From positions 900-64,899 of the IMG/VR virus record IMGVR_UViG_3300045919_000097: a DNA stretch of 64,000 nt; one strand, given 5' to 3'. Below, piece after piece: positions 1 to 10,000 of the stretch; the stretch's first letter is position 1, and every line of letters begins with the position of its first letter. The DNA comes from a virus (taxonomy: Duplodnaviria; Caudoviricetes). Made by a program: the position numbers and the translations under genes. Below the pieces are notes generated by a model, which saw nothing but the letters and a program-made list of their open reading frames with translations, was not told the origin of the DNA and ran no database searches.

Positions 1-71
1 GTTGATTTACTGGCTATAAACGTGTTGCGCAGGTCCGTTCCTCCCAGCCGGTAAGGTTTGCCATGACGGCA

Positions 72-109
72 ATTGTATCATGGCATCATAAACCTGTAAA
101 CACTTATTT
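72..109 (-). promoter_or_regulatory. sigma70-type early promoter (AAATAAGTG-TTTACA-N17-TACAAT, extended -10 TG)
   Basis: Minus strand reads TTTACA ggtttatgatgccatga TACAAT; same architecture as five other copies; points off the left end, presumably toward the ORF starting at 63987 across the circular junction. Confidence 0.85.
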
Positions 110-117
110 GCAAGCGT

Positions 118-2154
118 TCAATACTTTTTGGTCTTGACTGGCGCATCATTCAAGTGCGCTTGGATCGCTGCTGGCAAGGCGAATCCCCACTTTTCAAGGT
201 TCCTGACGATGTAGTATCGGTCAGTCTTGCCTTTTGCTGTGATTGGCTTTCCGCCAAGTGCGTAGATAATGCCAACACGACGGAGTTCACGGCCGAGTCC
301 ATTAGCCGTCGTTCCAGTTTTGCCATCTGGGTCATACAAGTTAAGTAGCTCTCGGTTTGTGTAGAGGTCATGGTGTAGATCAATCTGGCCGACTTTGAGG
401 ATCTCTTCAGGAGATGTCAGGAGTGCTGAGACCCATGCACCAAGATCTGAGCGGACGTCAGCGATCATCCGTTCCTTTGCGGCCGTGCGGTATGCAGGTG
501 CAGCTGGATTGAAGTCACTGCAGTCCACCTCATGCATCAAGTAGTTGAAGAGTGCTGCGGGTCCTGTGGTTTCAAGCCACAGTCCATAGTCTACGTAAAA
601 CGCTTCATCGAGTGGAGGTGAAACGATCTCATGTATAAAAGCACGCCTGTCGTCGTCTTCAAGGAACAACGCTGTTGGTCCGTTAGCGGTGAAGTAGTAA
701 TTAATACAGTCGGGCACGGTGAAAGATTGGACGTGCTTAATGTTAAGACGCAATTCCTTTTGGGTAATGAACTTCTTGAGACGGTCTGAATCATGACGTT
801 TATCTGAGCCAGTGACGTCATCGCCCATGACAAACTGCTTGTTCTCTGCCCATTCGTTGAATCCGTCATACAAGTCTTTCTGGTTGAGTTCAGTGAAGTT
901 CTTCCCGTAGATGGCACCCATCGTGTATCCAATGAGCGACTTCCCAGTACCATGCTTAACACCCCATAGCAGCGCAGACGTGAACAGCTTTGTCCCTGGG
1001 TATTGCAGTGGATACGCCAACCACTTGATGAACCAGTCTCTTGCAGCGTTGTCGTTCTTGAATAGGTGTTCAATAAGGTCTAGGAACGGCTGCACAACAC
1101 CCTCTTCTGGGCTGCATCCCCAACCTGGCCAAGTATTCCATTGTTTCCGCCCATGCTGCTCGACTAGCTGCTCATGGCCTGGCATATACGTCAGCTGGTC
1201 AGCTTCGACCCGTAACGGCCACTTGAGCCAAGCAGCAGCTGCAGACACTGAGCGTATCGAGATTGCACCTGATGGTGACAGATACTGCTCAGCAAATTCT
1301 GTGGTCAGCGCGTGATCCTTGAAGGCTGAGGGTGCAACCTTTTGGCCTGTGTCTCTTACGAGCACTATGCCCGGGTTTTTAACGTAAACATATTTGTTGC
1401 TGATGTTGAACAGCGGTTGGGCCAGCGTGAGGATCTGGGCAGTATCGTCCATGAGTGTCTGGAAGCTCTCAGTGTTGCGGACGACCAGATAGTCATCAAG
1501 GCCAGTCTTGCCATCGTCTATCACGCTTGGCATGGGAAGTACATACGGAATTGCTCCGCGAGATGCCAAGACTTCTGCCAGCTCATTGAGTGCATTGCAC
1601 ACATTCTCATTGGTCCTTGTGTCTGAGTCGTAGCAGATGAACACACGACGCTTGATCCAGTTTATCTGTTCAAGCTCAGGCAACAGCATGAAACCAGACT
1701 TGGCTGACTTATACGACTGCACACCACCAAGGCCGATTGTGGCAAACCCTTCCTTGCATGCCTTGGCAGCTTTTAGTTCACCTTCGGTTATGATCAGAGG
1801 TTCATTAGGATCATCTAGGATATCATCCCACGCAACGTTGGTAGGGAAGTACGCGGCTATACCAGAGTCCGGTGGCTGCAAGTAGCGCAGTGGTTTCTTT
1901 TTGGACTGAGCATCAAACCCGCCAGGTTCCTTAAGGATACGAACCCGGCTGTATTCAGGCCAATGTGGTTTGAATGTGAACGGCTTGCCTGTACGAGGAT
2001 CCATGTAATTGAATACAAGGGCAGGAAGCGGTGGGTAACTCTTATCAACGGTCGTTGCTGACTCAACATACGTGATGTGCAGCTGCTTAGCATCTGCTAG
2101 AGTAAGACCGGAGGATTCGAGTTTCTTGGTGGCAAGTTCTTTGGCTTCAGCCAT
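118..2154 (-). CDS. primase-helicase (DUF3854/TOPRIM-like N-terminus + DUF5906/SF3-like helicase)
   Basis: TOPRIM-like IITEGELKA...YDSD...GLDD; Walker A GVKHGTGKS; Walker B MGDD; DRR arginine-finger region. Confidence 0.85.
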   Translation of the reverse strand: MAEAKELATKKLESSGLTLADAKQLHITYVESATTVDKSYPPLPALVFNYMDPRTGKPFTFKPHWPEYSRVRILKEPGGFDAQSKKKPLRYLQPPDSGIAAYFPTNVAWDDILDDPNEPLIITEGELKAAKACKEGFATIGLGGVQSYKSAKSGFMLLPELEQINWIKRRVFICYDSDTRTNENVCNALNELAEVLASRGAIPYVLPMPSVIDDGKTGLDDYLVVRNTESFQTLMDDTAQILTLAQPLFNISNKYVYVKNPGIVLVRDTGQKVAPSAFKDHALTTEFAEQYLSPSGAISIRSVSAAAAWLKWPLRVEADQLTYMPGHEQLVEQHGRKQWNTWPGWGCSPEEGVVQPFLDLIEHLFKNDNAARDWFIKWLAYPLQYPGTKLFTSALLWGVKHGTGKSLIGYTMGAIYGKNFTELNQKDLYDGFNEWAENKQFVMGDDVTGSDKRHDSDRLKKFITQKELRLNIKHVQSFTVPDCINYYFTANGPTALFLEDDDRRAFIHEIVSPPLDEAFYVDYGLWLETTGPAALFNYLMHEVDCSDFNPAAPAYRTAAKERMIADVRSDLGAWVSALLTSPEEILKVGQIDLHHDLYTNRELLNLYDPDGKTGTTANGLGRELRRVGIIYALGGKPITAKGKTDRYYIVRNLEKWGFALPAAIQAHLNDAPVKTKKY

Positions 2155-2308
2155 GTGCCACCTCTATAGAGGGTGCCAACACGACGCAGACGGCAATTTG
2201 CTGAGGACCACCTGTGAAAGCAACAGTCTGGATTTCGGGCCAGAGGTTGCGCGCACTATCTGCGCCGCGTTGACGAAACCGATTGTATGTCATAAGGGAA
2301 AGTGGTGT

Positions 2309-2794
2309 TTATTTATGTTCTTTTTTGAAGAGTTCTGAATAGTAATTCAGTTCTTCCTCGCTCATCCTTGTGCAGATGTAGCGGCCTTCGATACGTTCGC
2401 CAGTACGAGAATGCTTAAGGTAGATTTCCTTTTCGAAGGTTCTTGTGTTGCCGACTCGGACCCGGATTGAGGTCTCGGTGACCATCATTAGTTCAGCAGC
2501 CTCCTTCAATGAACAAGGTTTTGGGAGCATCTGATTCTGTACCTCGACCCAGTAACGCTTCAAATGTAGCCGACGAAGCTCCACAAGGCGTTTGAATGAT
2601 TTACGCGCTGCTGAGTTCCTTGCTTCTTGGTGCAAGGCAACACGGTTCTTCATAAACGTGTTCTCGATTTTGTGGTGCAAGCACAATGCTTCGATCTGCT
2701 CAGATAATTCAAGTCTCTTCTTGAGCTGGATACATTTCAGCACATCTTCGAGCTTTGCTCCAAGCTCTTGGTTCTTAGCCATTCCATTCCCCAT
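2309..2794 (-). CDS. hypothetical basic protein, possible C-terminal HTH
   Basis: 161-aa ORF co-oriented with primase; SLKEAAELMMVTETSIRVR resembles an HTH. Confidence 0.55.
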   Translation of the reverse strand: MGNGMAKNQELGAKLEDVLKCIQLKKRLELSEQIEALCLHHKIENTFMKNRVALHQEARNSAARKSFKRLVELRRLHLKRYWVEVQNQMLPKPCSLKEAAELMMVTETSIRVRVGNTRTFEKEIYLKHSRTGERIEGRYICTRMSEEELNYYSELFKKEHK

Positions 2795-3100
2795 ACATTA
2801 AATAGAAGGACTAAATTCTAGCCCGTTTTAGCCTTTAGCGGAATAAGCGCGAAAACGCTCCTACTACCCCTATATTAGGGTGCTATAGACTTCTCTCTTA
2901 TTCTATTCTTAGAATTCTCTAGAGCTACCTTTTGTTTGCTAAGTATACGATTCCGCTAAGAATTTAATTCTGCTTTTCTATTTACTTTTGCTTGGTTTTA
3001 TGTTATACGCGCTGAAATTGATTAGTTGTCGGCCCATTGCGCTGTGATTTGTGAGCGAAGTCGTAACGTGCAACGCACCGCGCACATAGTGGACCGCACC
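2795..3100. other. AT-rich divergent intergenic region; candidate origin, packaging site or late promoter region
   Basis: Visibly AT-rich non-coding gap between the two arms; inverted repeat TTAGCGGAAT (2835-2844)/ATTCCGCTAA (2950-2959). Confidence 0.5.
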
Positions 3101-3146
3101 AAGTACAATGCGCTCAGTTCAATCACAACGAGCGAAGGACAAACCT

Positions 3147-3905
3147 GTGGCCACTAAGACCCAGGTCAAGCAGCAGGCTGTAAAGCCAGCGGCAAAGGCC
3201 AAAGCACAAACAGTCATTGATGCACCACGCAAACCATCTGCGCGTGCTTCAATCAATTCAGCGTACAAAGCACGGCAAAGCAAGGGCATTGTCAGACCTG
3301 CCCCAGTCGTGGACATCTTGCCAGACGGTCGTAAGGTCAAAGTGCAGAGCAAAAGGGGCAATGCACCTGGCAGCCAAGACGTGATCATCCACAAGGACAG
3401 CTGGATGAGGCACGGGATCCAGTCGTTCACACCACTGACCTCGGTCACAGTCCCTGCGCTGCTAGGTGCTATCGCGGCCACTGGGAACCTCACACTAGCA
3501 TGCGAGCAGCTGAACATGAGCAGGCTGTCTGTGTACGCGTTCAAGGCTGAAAGCCCAGAGTTTGCCAAGGCATTGAACGAAGCGCAGCAGCTAGGTGTCG
3601 AAGCATGGAAGGACGCAGCAGCCAAGCGCGCATTCCAAGGCTGGGAGCGTCCCATCTACCAGCAAGGCTTGCAGGTTGGTGCTGACCGCCACTTCAGTGA
3701 CACGCTTGCTCTTGCCTTCCTCAAGGCCGCAGACCCAGAGCACTTCCAAGACCGGAGCCGCATGGAACTAGGACCTGCGGGTGCAGATGGTGGCGGCTTG
3801 TTCTCAGGCAAGACTGAGGAAGACATCAACGAAGCCCTTACCAACAAGATGAAAGCACTGGCCATCGTTGTCGAGAGCAGCAAGAAGACCGGCACAGACG
3901 TATGA
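3147..3905 (+). CDS. terS: terminase small subunit
   Basis: Directly upstream of TerL with ATGA overlap; HTH GNLTLACEQLNMSRLSVY, then GWERPIYQQG...FSDTLA...DPEHF typical of this TerS family; GTG start after AAGGA chosen. Confidence 0.75.
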   Translation: MATKTQVKQQAVKPAAKAKAQTVIDAPRKPSARASINSAYKARQSKGIVRPAPVVDILPDGRKVKVQSKRGNAPGSQDVIIHKDSWMRHGIQSFTPLTSVTVPALLGAIAATGNLTLACEQLNMSRLSVYAFKAESPEFAKALNEAQQLGVEAWKDAAAKRAFQGWERPIYQQGLQVGADRHFSDTLALAFLKAADPEHFQDRSRMELGPAGADGGGLFSGKTEEDINEALTNKMKALAIVVESSKKTGTDV

Positions 3906-5581
3906 AGATCCCCACCACGCTCGCAGCCACCAAGACCAAGCCGCAGTTCCACGTTCCCAAGTTCAGGGCTGTCACAGCAAGCCCCATGATGCGTGAAGAC
4001 AAGCTGTCGTTGTACACGGTGGCTGACGAGATGGAGCGGAGGCTGTGTGAATCGTCGCTGCACGCGTTCTTGCAGTTCGCCTGGCCAATCATGGAGCCGG
4101 GTCGTATGTTCGTCGACAACTGGCACCTGCGTGCCATCTCAGAGCATCTCGAGGCCGTGAGCAGGCGGGAAATTACTCGGCTCCTCATCAACGTGCCGTT
4201 CCGTACGTCTAAGTCCACAATCACGTCGGTTGCCTGGCCAGCATGGACCTGGATCCACGACCCGAGCCATCAGTGGTTGTGTGGCAGCTATGCGTCTAAG
4301 CTCGCCATCCGTGACAACTTGAAGATGCGTCGCTTGGTCACAAGCTCTTGGTACCAGAAGCATTGGGGTAGCAAGGTGCGGCTGGCATCGGACCAGAACG
4401 AGAAGATCAGGTTCCAGAACGAATCGATGGGTTACCGCATTGCGTTCGGTATGACGGGCGGAGTCATGGGCGATGGTGGTGACACTGTGCTCATTGACGA
4501 CCCGCACGACCGCAACGGTGCGCACTCAGAGGCCGAGCGCGAGACTGCATTGACCACGTTCGACGAGGGCATCATCAGCCGGTTGAACGACCCCATTGAC
4601 GGTGCCATCTGCATCATCATGCAGCGGCTGCACCAGAATGATCTGAGCGGCCACGTGCTGAAGCAAGGCGGCTGGGACCACCTCATGCTGCCCATGGAGT
4701 ACGAGCCGCAGCGTCGGTGCAAGACGTCGATCGGGTTCCAGGACCCAAGGAAAAAGGACGGAGAACTCTTGTGGACAGCACGGTTTGATGAATCAACTGT
4801 CGAGAAGCTGAAGCGGTCGCTAGGTTCGTACGGAGCAGCTGGGCAGTTAGCACAACGGCCTGCGCCTGACGGTGGCGGGATCCTTAACACAGAGTTCTTC
4901 GAGCTTTGGCCAAGGAACAAGGACCTGCCAGACCTGTTCTTTGTGCTGCAGTCGTACGACACAGCATTCACTGAGAAGCACCAGGTCAAAGGCGATCCTT
5001 CAGCAGGCACCATCTGGGGCATCGGCGAGCACGAGTTCGGTGAACGCAAGGGCAAGAAGTTTGCCATACTGCTCGATGCTTGGGCTGACCAGCTCAGCTA
5101 CCCGAACCTCAAGAAGAAGGTCATGGAGGATTGGCAGGCCACATACGGCGGGATCAAGGACGACCAGCTGCACCCAAGCCGTAGGCCAGACGCCATCCTC
5201 ATCGAGAAGAAAGCAAGTGGGCAGTCATTGATCCAAGACCTGAGAGCACGCAACCTGCCGGTCCAGGACTACGACCCAGGACGTGCTGACAAAGTGGCTC
5301 GTGCACACATGACAGCACCATTCCTTGAGGACTGCGTGTTCTACCTCATCGAATCAAAGAAGGACCCAGGCAAGCCAGTCACGTGGGCACGTCCATTGGT
5401 AGAACAATGTGAGCAGTTCCCGAATGGCGAGCACGACGACCTTGTGGACACGTTTACACAAGCCTGCATTTACTTCCGTGATTCTGGCTTCCTGGAGTTC
5501 GAAGTTATCCCTGATGACGAGGTTGAAGAAATCGACTACGCCACACAAAGAAAAGCGCGTCAGAACCCGTACAAGCGCTAG
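3902..5581 (+). CDS. terL: terminase large subunit
   Basis: NWHL, LLINVPFRTSKS (Walker A variant), VLIDDP (Walker B), IIMQRLH, nuclease SYDTA / IEKKASG / HDDLVD. Confidence 0.95.
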   Translation: MKIPTTLAATKTKPQFHVPKFRAVTASPMMREDKLSLYTVADEMERRLCESSLHAFLQFAWPIMEPGRMFVDNWHLRAISEHLEAVSRREITRLLINVPFRTSKSTITSVAWPAWTWIHDPSHQWLCGSYASKLAIRDNLKMRRLVTSSWYQKHWGSKVRLASDQNEKIRFQNESMGYRIAFGMTGGVMGDGGDTVLIDDPHDRNGAHSEAERETALTTFDEGIISRLNDPIDGAICIIMQRLHQNDLSGHVLKQGGWDHLMLPMEYEPQRRCKTSIGFQDPRKKDGELLWTARFDESTVEKLKRSLGSYGAAGQLAQRPAPDGGGILNTEFFELWPRNKDLPDLFFVLQSYDTAFTEKHQVKGDPSAGTIWGIGEHEFGERKGKKFAILLDAWADQLSYPNLKKKVMEDWQATYGGIKDDQLHPSRRPDAILIEKKASGQSLIQDLRARNLPVQDYDPGRADKVARAHMTAPFLEDCVFYLIESKKDPGKPVTWARPLVEQCEQFPNGEHDDLVDTFTQACIYFRDSGFLEFEVIPDDEVEEIDYATQRKARQNPYKR

Positions 5582-5685
5582 TCCACAAGTGCAAAGTGGC
5601 TAGAATCTGCCAAACGACGAGCGGAGTAGTCTCATGGTAGAATTGGTTGTCTCCCTAGCCGCTACTTTGCAGTTGCCGGCTCTTC

Positions 5686-5716
5686 GCCCAGGGCTCACAA
5701 GGTCCTGGGCATTTTT
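5686..5716 (+). terminator. Rho-independent terminator after terL
   Basis: GCCCAGGGC-tcacaag-GTCCTGGGC followed by ATTTTT. Confidence 0.65.
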
Positions 5717-5718
5717 CC

Positions 5719-7038
5719 ATGGCTAATTGGGCTCAACTTATCAAGTCTTCGGGCGGAACTCTTCGCCGCATGGCCGAAGAGATGGAAACACTGCAACTTC
5801 CTGAACAGCTCAAAGGGATCTTCCCAACAGCAACTGGTGAGACCATCCCAGTTTATCATGGTTCTCCACACGCTTTTGACGAGGTCAATTTCACTGACAA
5901 CCTGCGCACAGGTGAAGGTGCAATGGCCTTCGGACCTGGCGGCTACACATCTGGCAACCGACCACTGGCCAAGCACTATGCAGACACGCTGAGCAAAGGC
6001 AAATTCATCCAGCCACGCAGGCCAAGCGGTCCGTTGGGTGACACATTCCTCACAATGCAGAAAGCACTGCGCCTTGATCCTGAAGCAGCTATTGCATACA
6101 TGCAAGGAAAAACTTTCAACAAGGCTGAGACCATTGGGCTGACAAACCCAAATCGAGTCATGCCCACTGGTGAAAAAGCGGTTTACAACTATCGTCCTGG
6201 TGACGACTTGCCTGTATCAACTGGCAATGACGTCAACATTGATGCTTACCGCGAGTGGTTGAAAGAAAAAGGTGTTACCCCTGAGGAACTCAGGCTTCGC
6301 CGCATGGTTCCAGGCAACATGGATGAACTGCTTCGCATTGGTGATCGCCTGGCAGGAGGACCCAGTCCCATTCTGGGCTCAAAGCCAGCAGGTACAAGGG
6401 TATTGCGTGATGGTGTTGGTCCTTTCCGTAACCGGATGGATCTGAATCCTGGTGAAGAATGGATGGGTAATGACACAAGCGTTGTCAACAACCTGCGTGC
6501 AACGGCCGCGGCACAAGCAGGTGTGCCAGGTCCTATGTACAAAGCATCGCTCAGCAACTATTCGCCAGGTACTGGGACAGGTCGTGTCCCGATTGGCGAC
6601 CTTGGTCCTTTGAAGAACTGGGATGGCAAGATTATTCCTGGTAAGCCTGGGCAGCAGATGCCAAGTACAGATCCAAAGATCTACGAAATGGCATTGCACG
6701 CTAACCCTAACCTGCTGCTGTTCCAAGACTATCCGCTTGAAGCCCAGACAGCAATCCACGGTGCACTCAGCCGTCTATACGACATTTCAGGTATCAAGCC
6801 ATTGCCAATGACGGCAAAGGGCGAAGAGCTCATCAAAAAGCTGCCAAACGACGCACGTGGCATGCAGATGATGAACGAAGCAGGTATTCCTGCATCAGCG
6901 TTCTTGCGAGCTGGCCGTAGAGGCGATAGCTCGATCCCATCGGCGTTCAATCCTGACGACTACAACTTTGTCATTCACAATGACGATGCCCTTAAGATTC
7001 TTGATGTCAAGAACAAGAAGAAAGGCGGAACGGTATGA
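5719..7038 (+). CDS. ADP-ribosyltransferase-like protein of the polyvalent-protein type (split ART domain), probable virion cargo
   Basis: VYHGSPHAFD...TGEGAMAFGPGGY...AKHY N-half and GIPASAFL...YNFVIHNDDALKILD C-half resemble ART domains of phage polyvalent proteins; ends KKKGGTV. Confidence 0.65.
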   Translation: MANWAQLIKSSGGTLRRMAEEMETLQLPEQLKGIFPTATGETIPVYHGSPHAFDEVNFTDNLRTGEGAMAFGPGGYTSGNRPLAKHYADTLSKGKFIQPRRPSGPLGDTFLTMQKALRLDPEAAIAYMQGKTFNKAETIGLTNPNRVMPTGEKAVYNYRPGDDLPVSTGNDVNIDAYREWLKEKGVTPEELRLRRMVPGNMDELLRIGDRLAGGPSPILGSKPAGTRVLRDGVGPFRNRMDLNPGEEWMGNDTSVVNNLRATAAAQAGVPGPMYKASLSNYSPGTGTGRVPIGDLGPLKNWDGKIIPGKPGQQMPSTDPKIYEMALHANPNLLLFQDYPLEAQTAIHGALSRLYDISGIKPLPMTAKGEELIKKLPNDARGMQMMNEAGIPASAFLRAGRRGDSSIPSAFNPDDYNFVIHNDDALKILDVKNKKKGGTV

Positions 7039-10000
7039 CCGAGCCCACCGAAAAGCAGATCAAAGCTGGCAATTACCCAAAGGGCCACGTCTATGCCCAT
7101 GGGATGCGCATCAGCATCGAAACGCCTGCTGACGAGTTCCGTAGCGGAACGGACAAAGAAGGCAACGAGTGGTCAAACCGCATGCAGTACGACTACGGAT
7201 ACATCCGTGGCACTGAGGGCAACGACGGTGACCATCTTGACGTGTTCCTGGGTCCTGACTACAAGGACCACCAGTTTCCAGTACACGTAATTGACCAGCA
7301 CGATCCAGATACTGGCAAATTTGACGAGCATAAGGTCATGATGGGCTTTCCTGACAAAAAGTCAGCACTTGATGCTTATCATGCGCATTATCCTGAAGAC
7401 TGGAAGGGCGCTAAAGCCATCACTCCGCTCCATGTCGACGACTTCAAGGACTGGGCACTGAAACCAGGCATCAGGAAGAAGCCTCTGTCTCAGGTCAAAG
7501 GCTATGCTGAAGGCGGTTCTGTCGGCGGGTTCTTGGCTGATCCACAAAGCTGGGACGACATGGGAAAGAACCTTGGAGCCACTGCCAACCGGACTCTTAT
7601 CGGCTTGGCGGGCCTTGGTCCCGACGTCATCAACTGGGGCCTAAAGCAGATACCTAGATCGCGTTCTCTCAGCGACGTTGTTAAAGGCAATACCGATCTT
7701 GGCTGGGGCTCATCTGAGCCAATCGGAGGGACGGACTGGCTCAACCGCAAAGCCAGGGAGCATGGTATCGCCACAAGCAGTGGAAACGAGACGGCAGACG
7801 CCTGGGGCGATGCTGCTTTTGGCCTGGCAACTGCAAGCCCCACAGCACTCATGAATACGCTTGGCAAAGGGGCTCGTGGTGTTGCTCGTGGAGTAGGCCA
7901 GGCGATTGACCAAGGCATGCAAGGCGAGGGTGCTCTCAGCAAGGTACTGGCTCCAGTCCAGCCAGCTTATGCTGTGAAGCCTAAAGGCGGCAACTGGTCT
8001 ACGACACTTGGATCAAACCCTTCGCACCTTACTTTCCATGATATTACTGGAGATTCTGTCGCTACTAATCAATGGCGCGACAAAACACTTGCCAAGTATA
8101 TCAGTACACAACTTGGAACCGCTGACGATCCGTTACTTGCCCTTGAAAAAGAAGGAAGACTCCACGTTGACAAAGACCAGCTTATCGAGTCTGCAATGGA
8201 CGGGCGCTATGGCGAAGCATACGGATATGACGGAGACCTTTTCAAAGGAGATGCTAGACACGAGGAGCTGACAGGAAGGAAGTTGCGCACGCCCTGGGAA
8301 GCAAATGCAGATTCTTCTATGCGGTCACACGGTCCCCAGACAGAAATACAAGCACTCAAGGATCTTGCACACAAGCGTCCGGCAGATGGTCGTTCATGGA
8401 TTGATCACGGTGCAGAAGTCGATCCTGATACTGGCGAAGTCCTGTACCATGAACTTCCTCTCAAGGCTTGGTCTGAAGCCCATCCTGGAAATGCTTACCT
8501 TGCCAAACACCAGTGGCTGGAATCTGCTCCAAGAGGTACAGACATCTGGAACGTGACAAGCCTTGACAACCTTGGTTTCCAGCACATGCTTGATTATTTG
8601 GGGTCTGCTACAGATGCCCATGCTGCACTTGAACACCATGGATCAATTGAGGCTATGCGTACAGCAGCCCAAGGTGCTCTTCCAAATGCTGCAATTCACG
8701 ACCTCATTCCAATGGTTGAGCGCAATCTGCATTTGTCGCCAGAGCAATTGTCGCGTACGTCAGTTGCCGACGCATCAGCAAAAACCTCAGAGTGGAACAA
8801 ACTGCTGAGTTCTAGGAAAGCAACAGAGACTTCTGCACAGGTACCTACGTTCAGGGAATACGAAAATGGTTCCTACTGGAAGTCTATCCCAGACGTGAAC
8901 ACAGACAAAGATGCCCTTTCTTATGCAATGGCACACGGCAGAGATGCCGGATGGTGCACTATGCAGAATGGACTGTGCAGCCTTTATGGCAGCGGAGGAA
9001 GCCGCTTGCACATCCTTCACGATGCTGAAGGCAAGCCAAAAGTCCAGATCATGACAAAAGAAGGTGATTCCACAATGGAAGGTGCTTCTCAAATGTTCCA
9101 TCAGGCACACGGTCGTTTTCCAGGAAGCGTAAACGAACTTGATGAATGGGCAGGTGAAAACGGAATCCGCATCAATGACAGCACTGAACCTGGTAACCCG
9201 TCTATTGCTGAAATCAAAGGGCGCCGTAATGGTAGTCCAGATGCTTCGGATATTCCAGCCATCCAAGACTTTATCAAGACGTATTCACCAAACTGGGATG
9301 ATATTGGTGATTTGCGCAATTCTGGAATGGCAAAGTACCAGGGCAAGTACGCTCCGATAAGAGAAGTCGAAACGCTTCTTAAGCCTCGCATCAAAGAAGC
9401 TCGAGATTTTCTTGATAACCATCCGGCATTTGAGTCACATCGGCAGGCTGAAAAAGATTTCTTAGATTTTCTCCATAGTGGAAACAGCAGGTATGACGAG
9501 CAAGGCACGGCTCAAATGAGGCACCTTGAGCGTGGAGCAGGACAGCCACTGCATCAAAACATGCCGTATACCATGCGTGAAATGAAGGCAATGCTGGACT
9601 ACCCGGCAGATTGGGTCAACGGTAGAGACGAGTCAAAATATGATGTGCTTCAAAAGCACCTTGGAAGAATAGACGCTTTGAAGAGCCTTGTCCAAGATGG
9701 TGCTCATCGTGATGTCCACACATATCCGCCAAAGTTTGCGTCAGGTGGCACAGTTGGTGGCAACAACCTGCAGATTGCACCTCTTGGTGGCTGGGGCTGG
9801 GGTTATATGAATAGCGGTCAACCAGGAACAATGCCTGCGCCTCAGCCTGTACAAGCGCCAGACTTCAGCATTGAGAAGTTCAACCCAGGCGGAAACAGCA
9901 CAAGCATTATCAATCCTGGTGGAGATCACACTGATTTTAGCTCTGGTGCGCGTGGTGCAGATACTGGCATTGCAGGTGGCATTGGAAAGATTGCAAGCAT

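Noticed and set aside
2199-2255. Hammerhead-like CTGAGGA...GAAA
   Set aside because: Stem II cannot close properly and no UH cleavage site pairs with A15.1
2282-2311. Seventh copy of the early promoter upstream of primase
   Set aside because: TACAAT present, but -35 is TAAACA at 18 bp and no extended TG; too weak to call
3902-5581. Intein or intron in terminase (also checked polymerase and helicase)
   Set aside because: ORFs are uninterrupted and of ordinary size; no splice-junction or homing-endonuclease motifs noticed
5621-5700. tRNA-like start GCGGAGTAGTCTCATGGTAGAAT
   Set aside because: No T-arm GTTCRA, no acceptor-stem partner or CCA; kept only as a generic structured RNA
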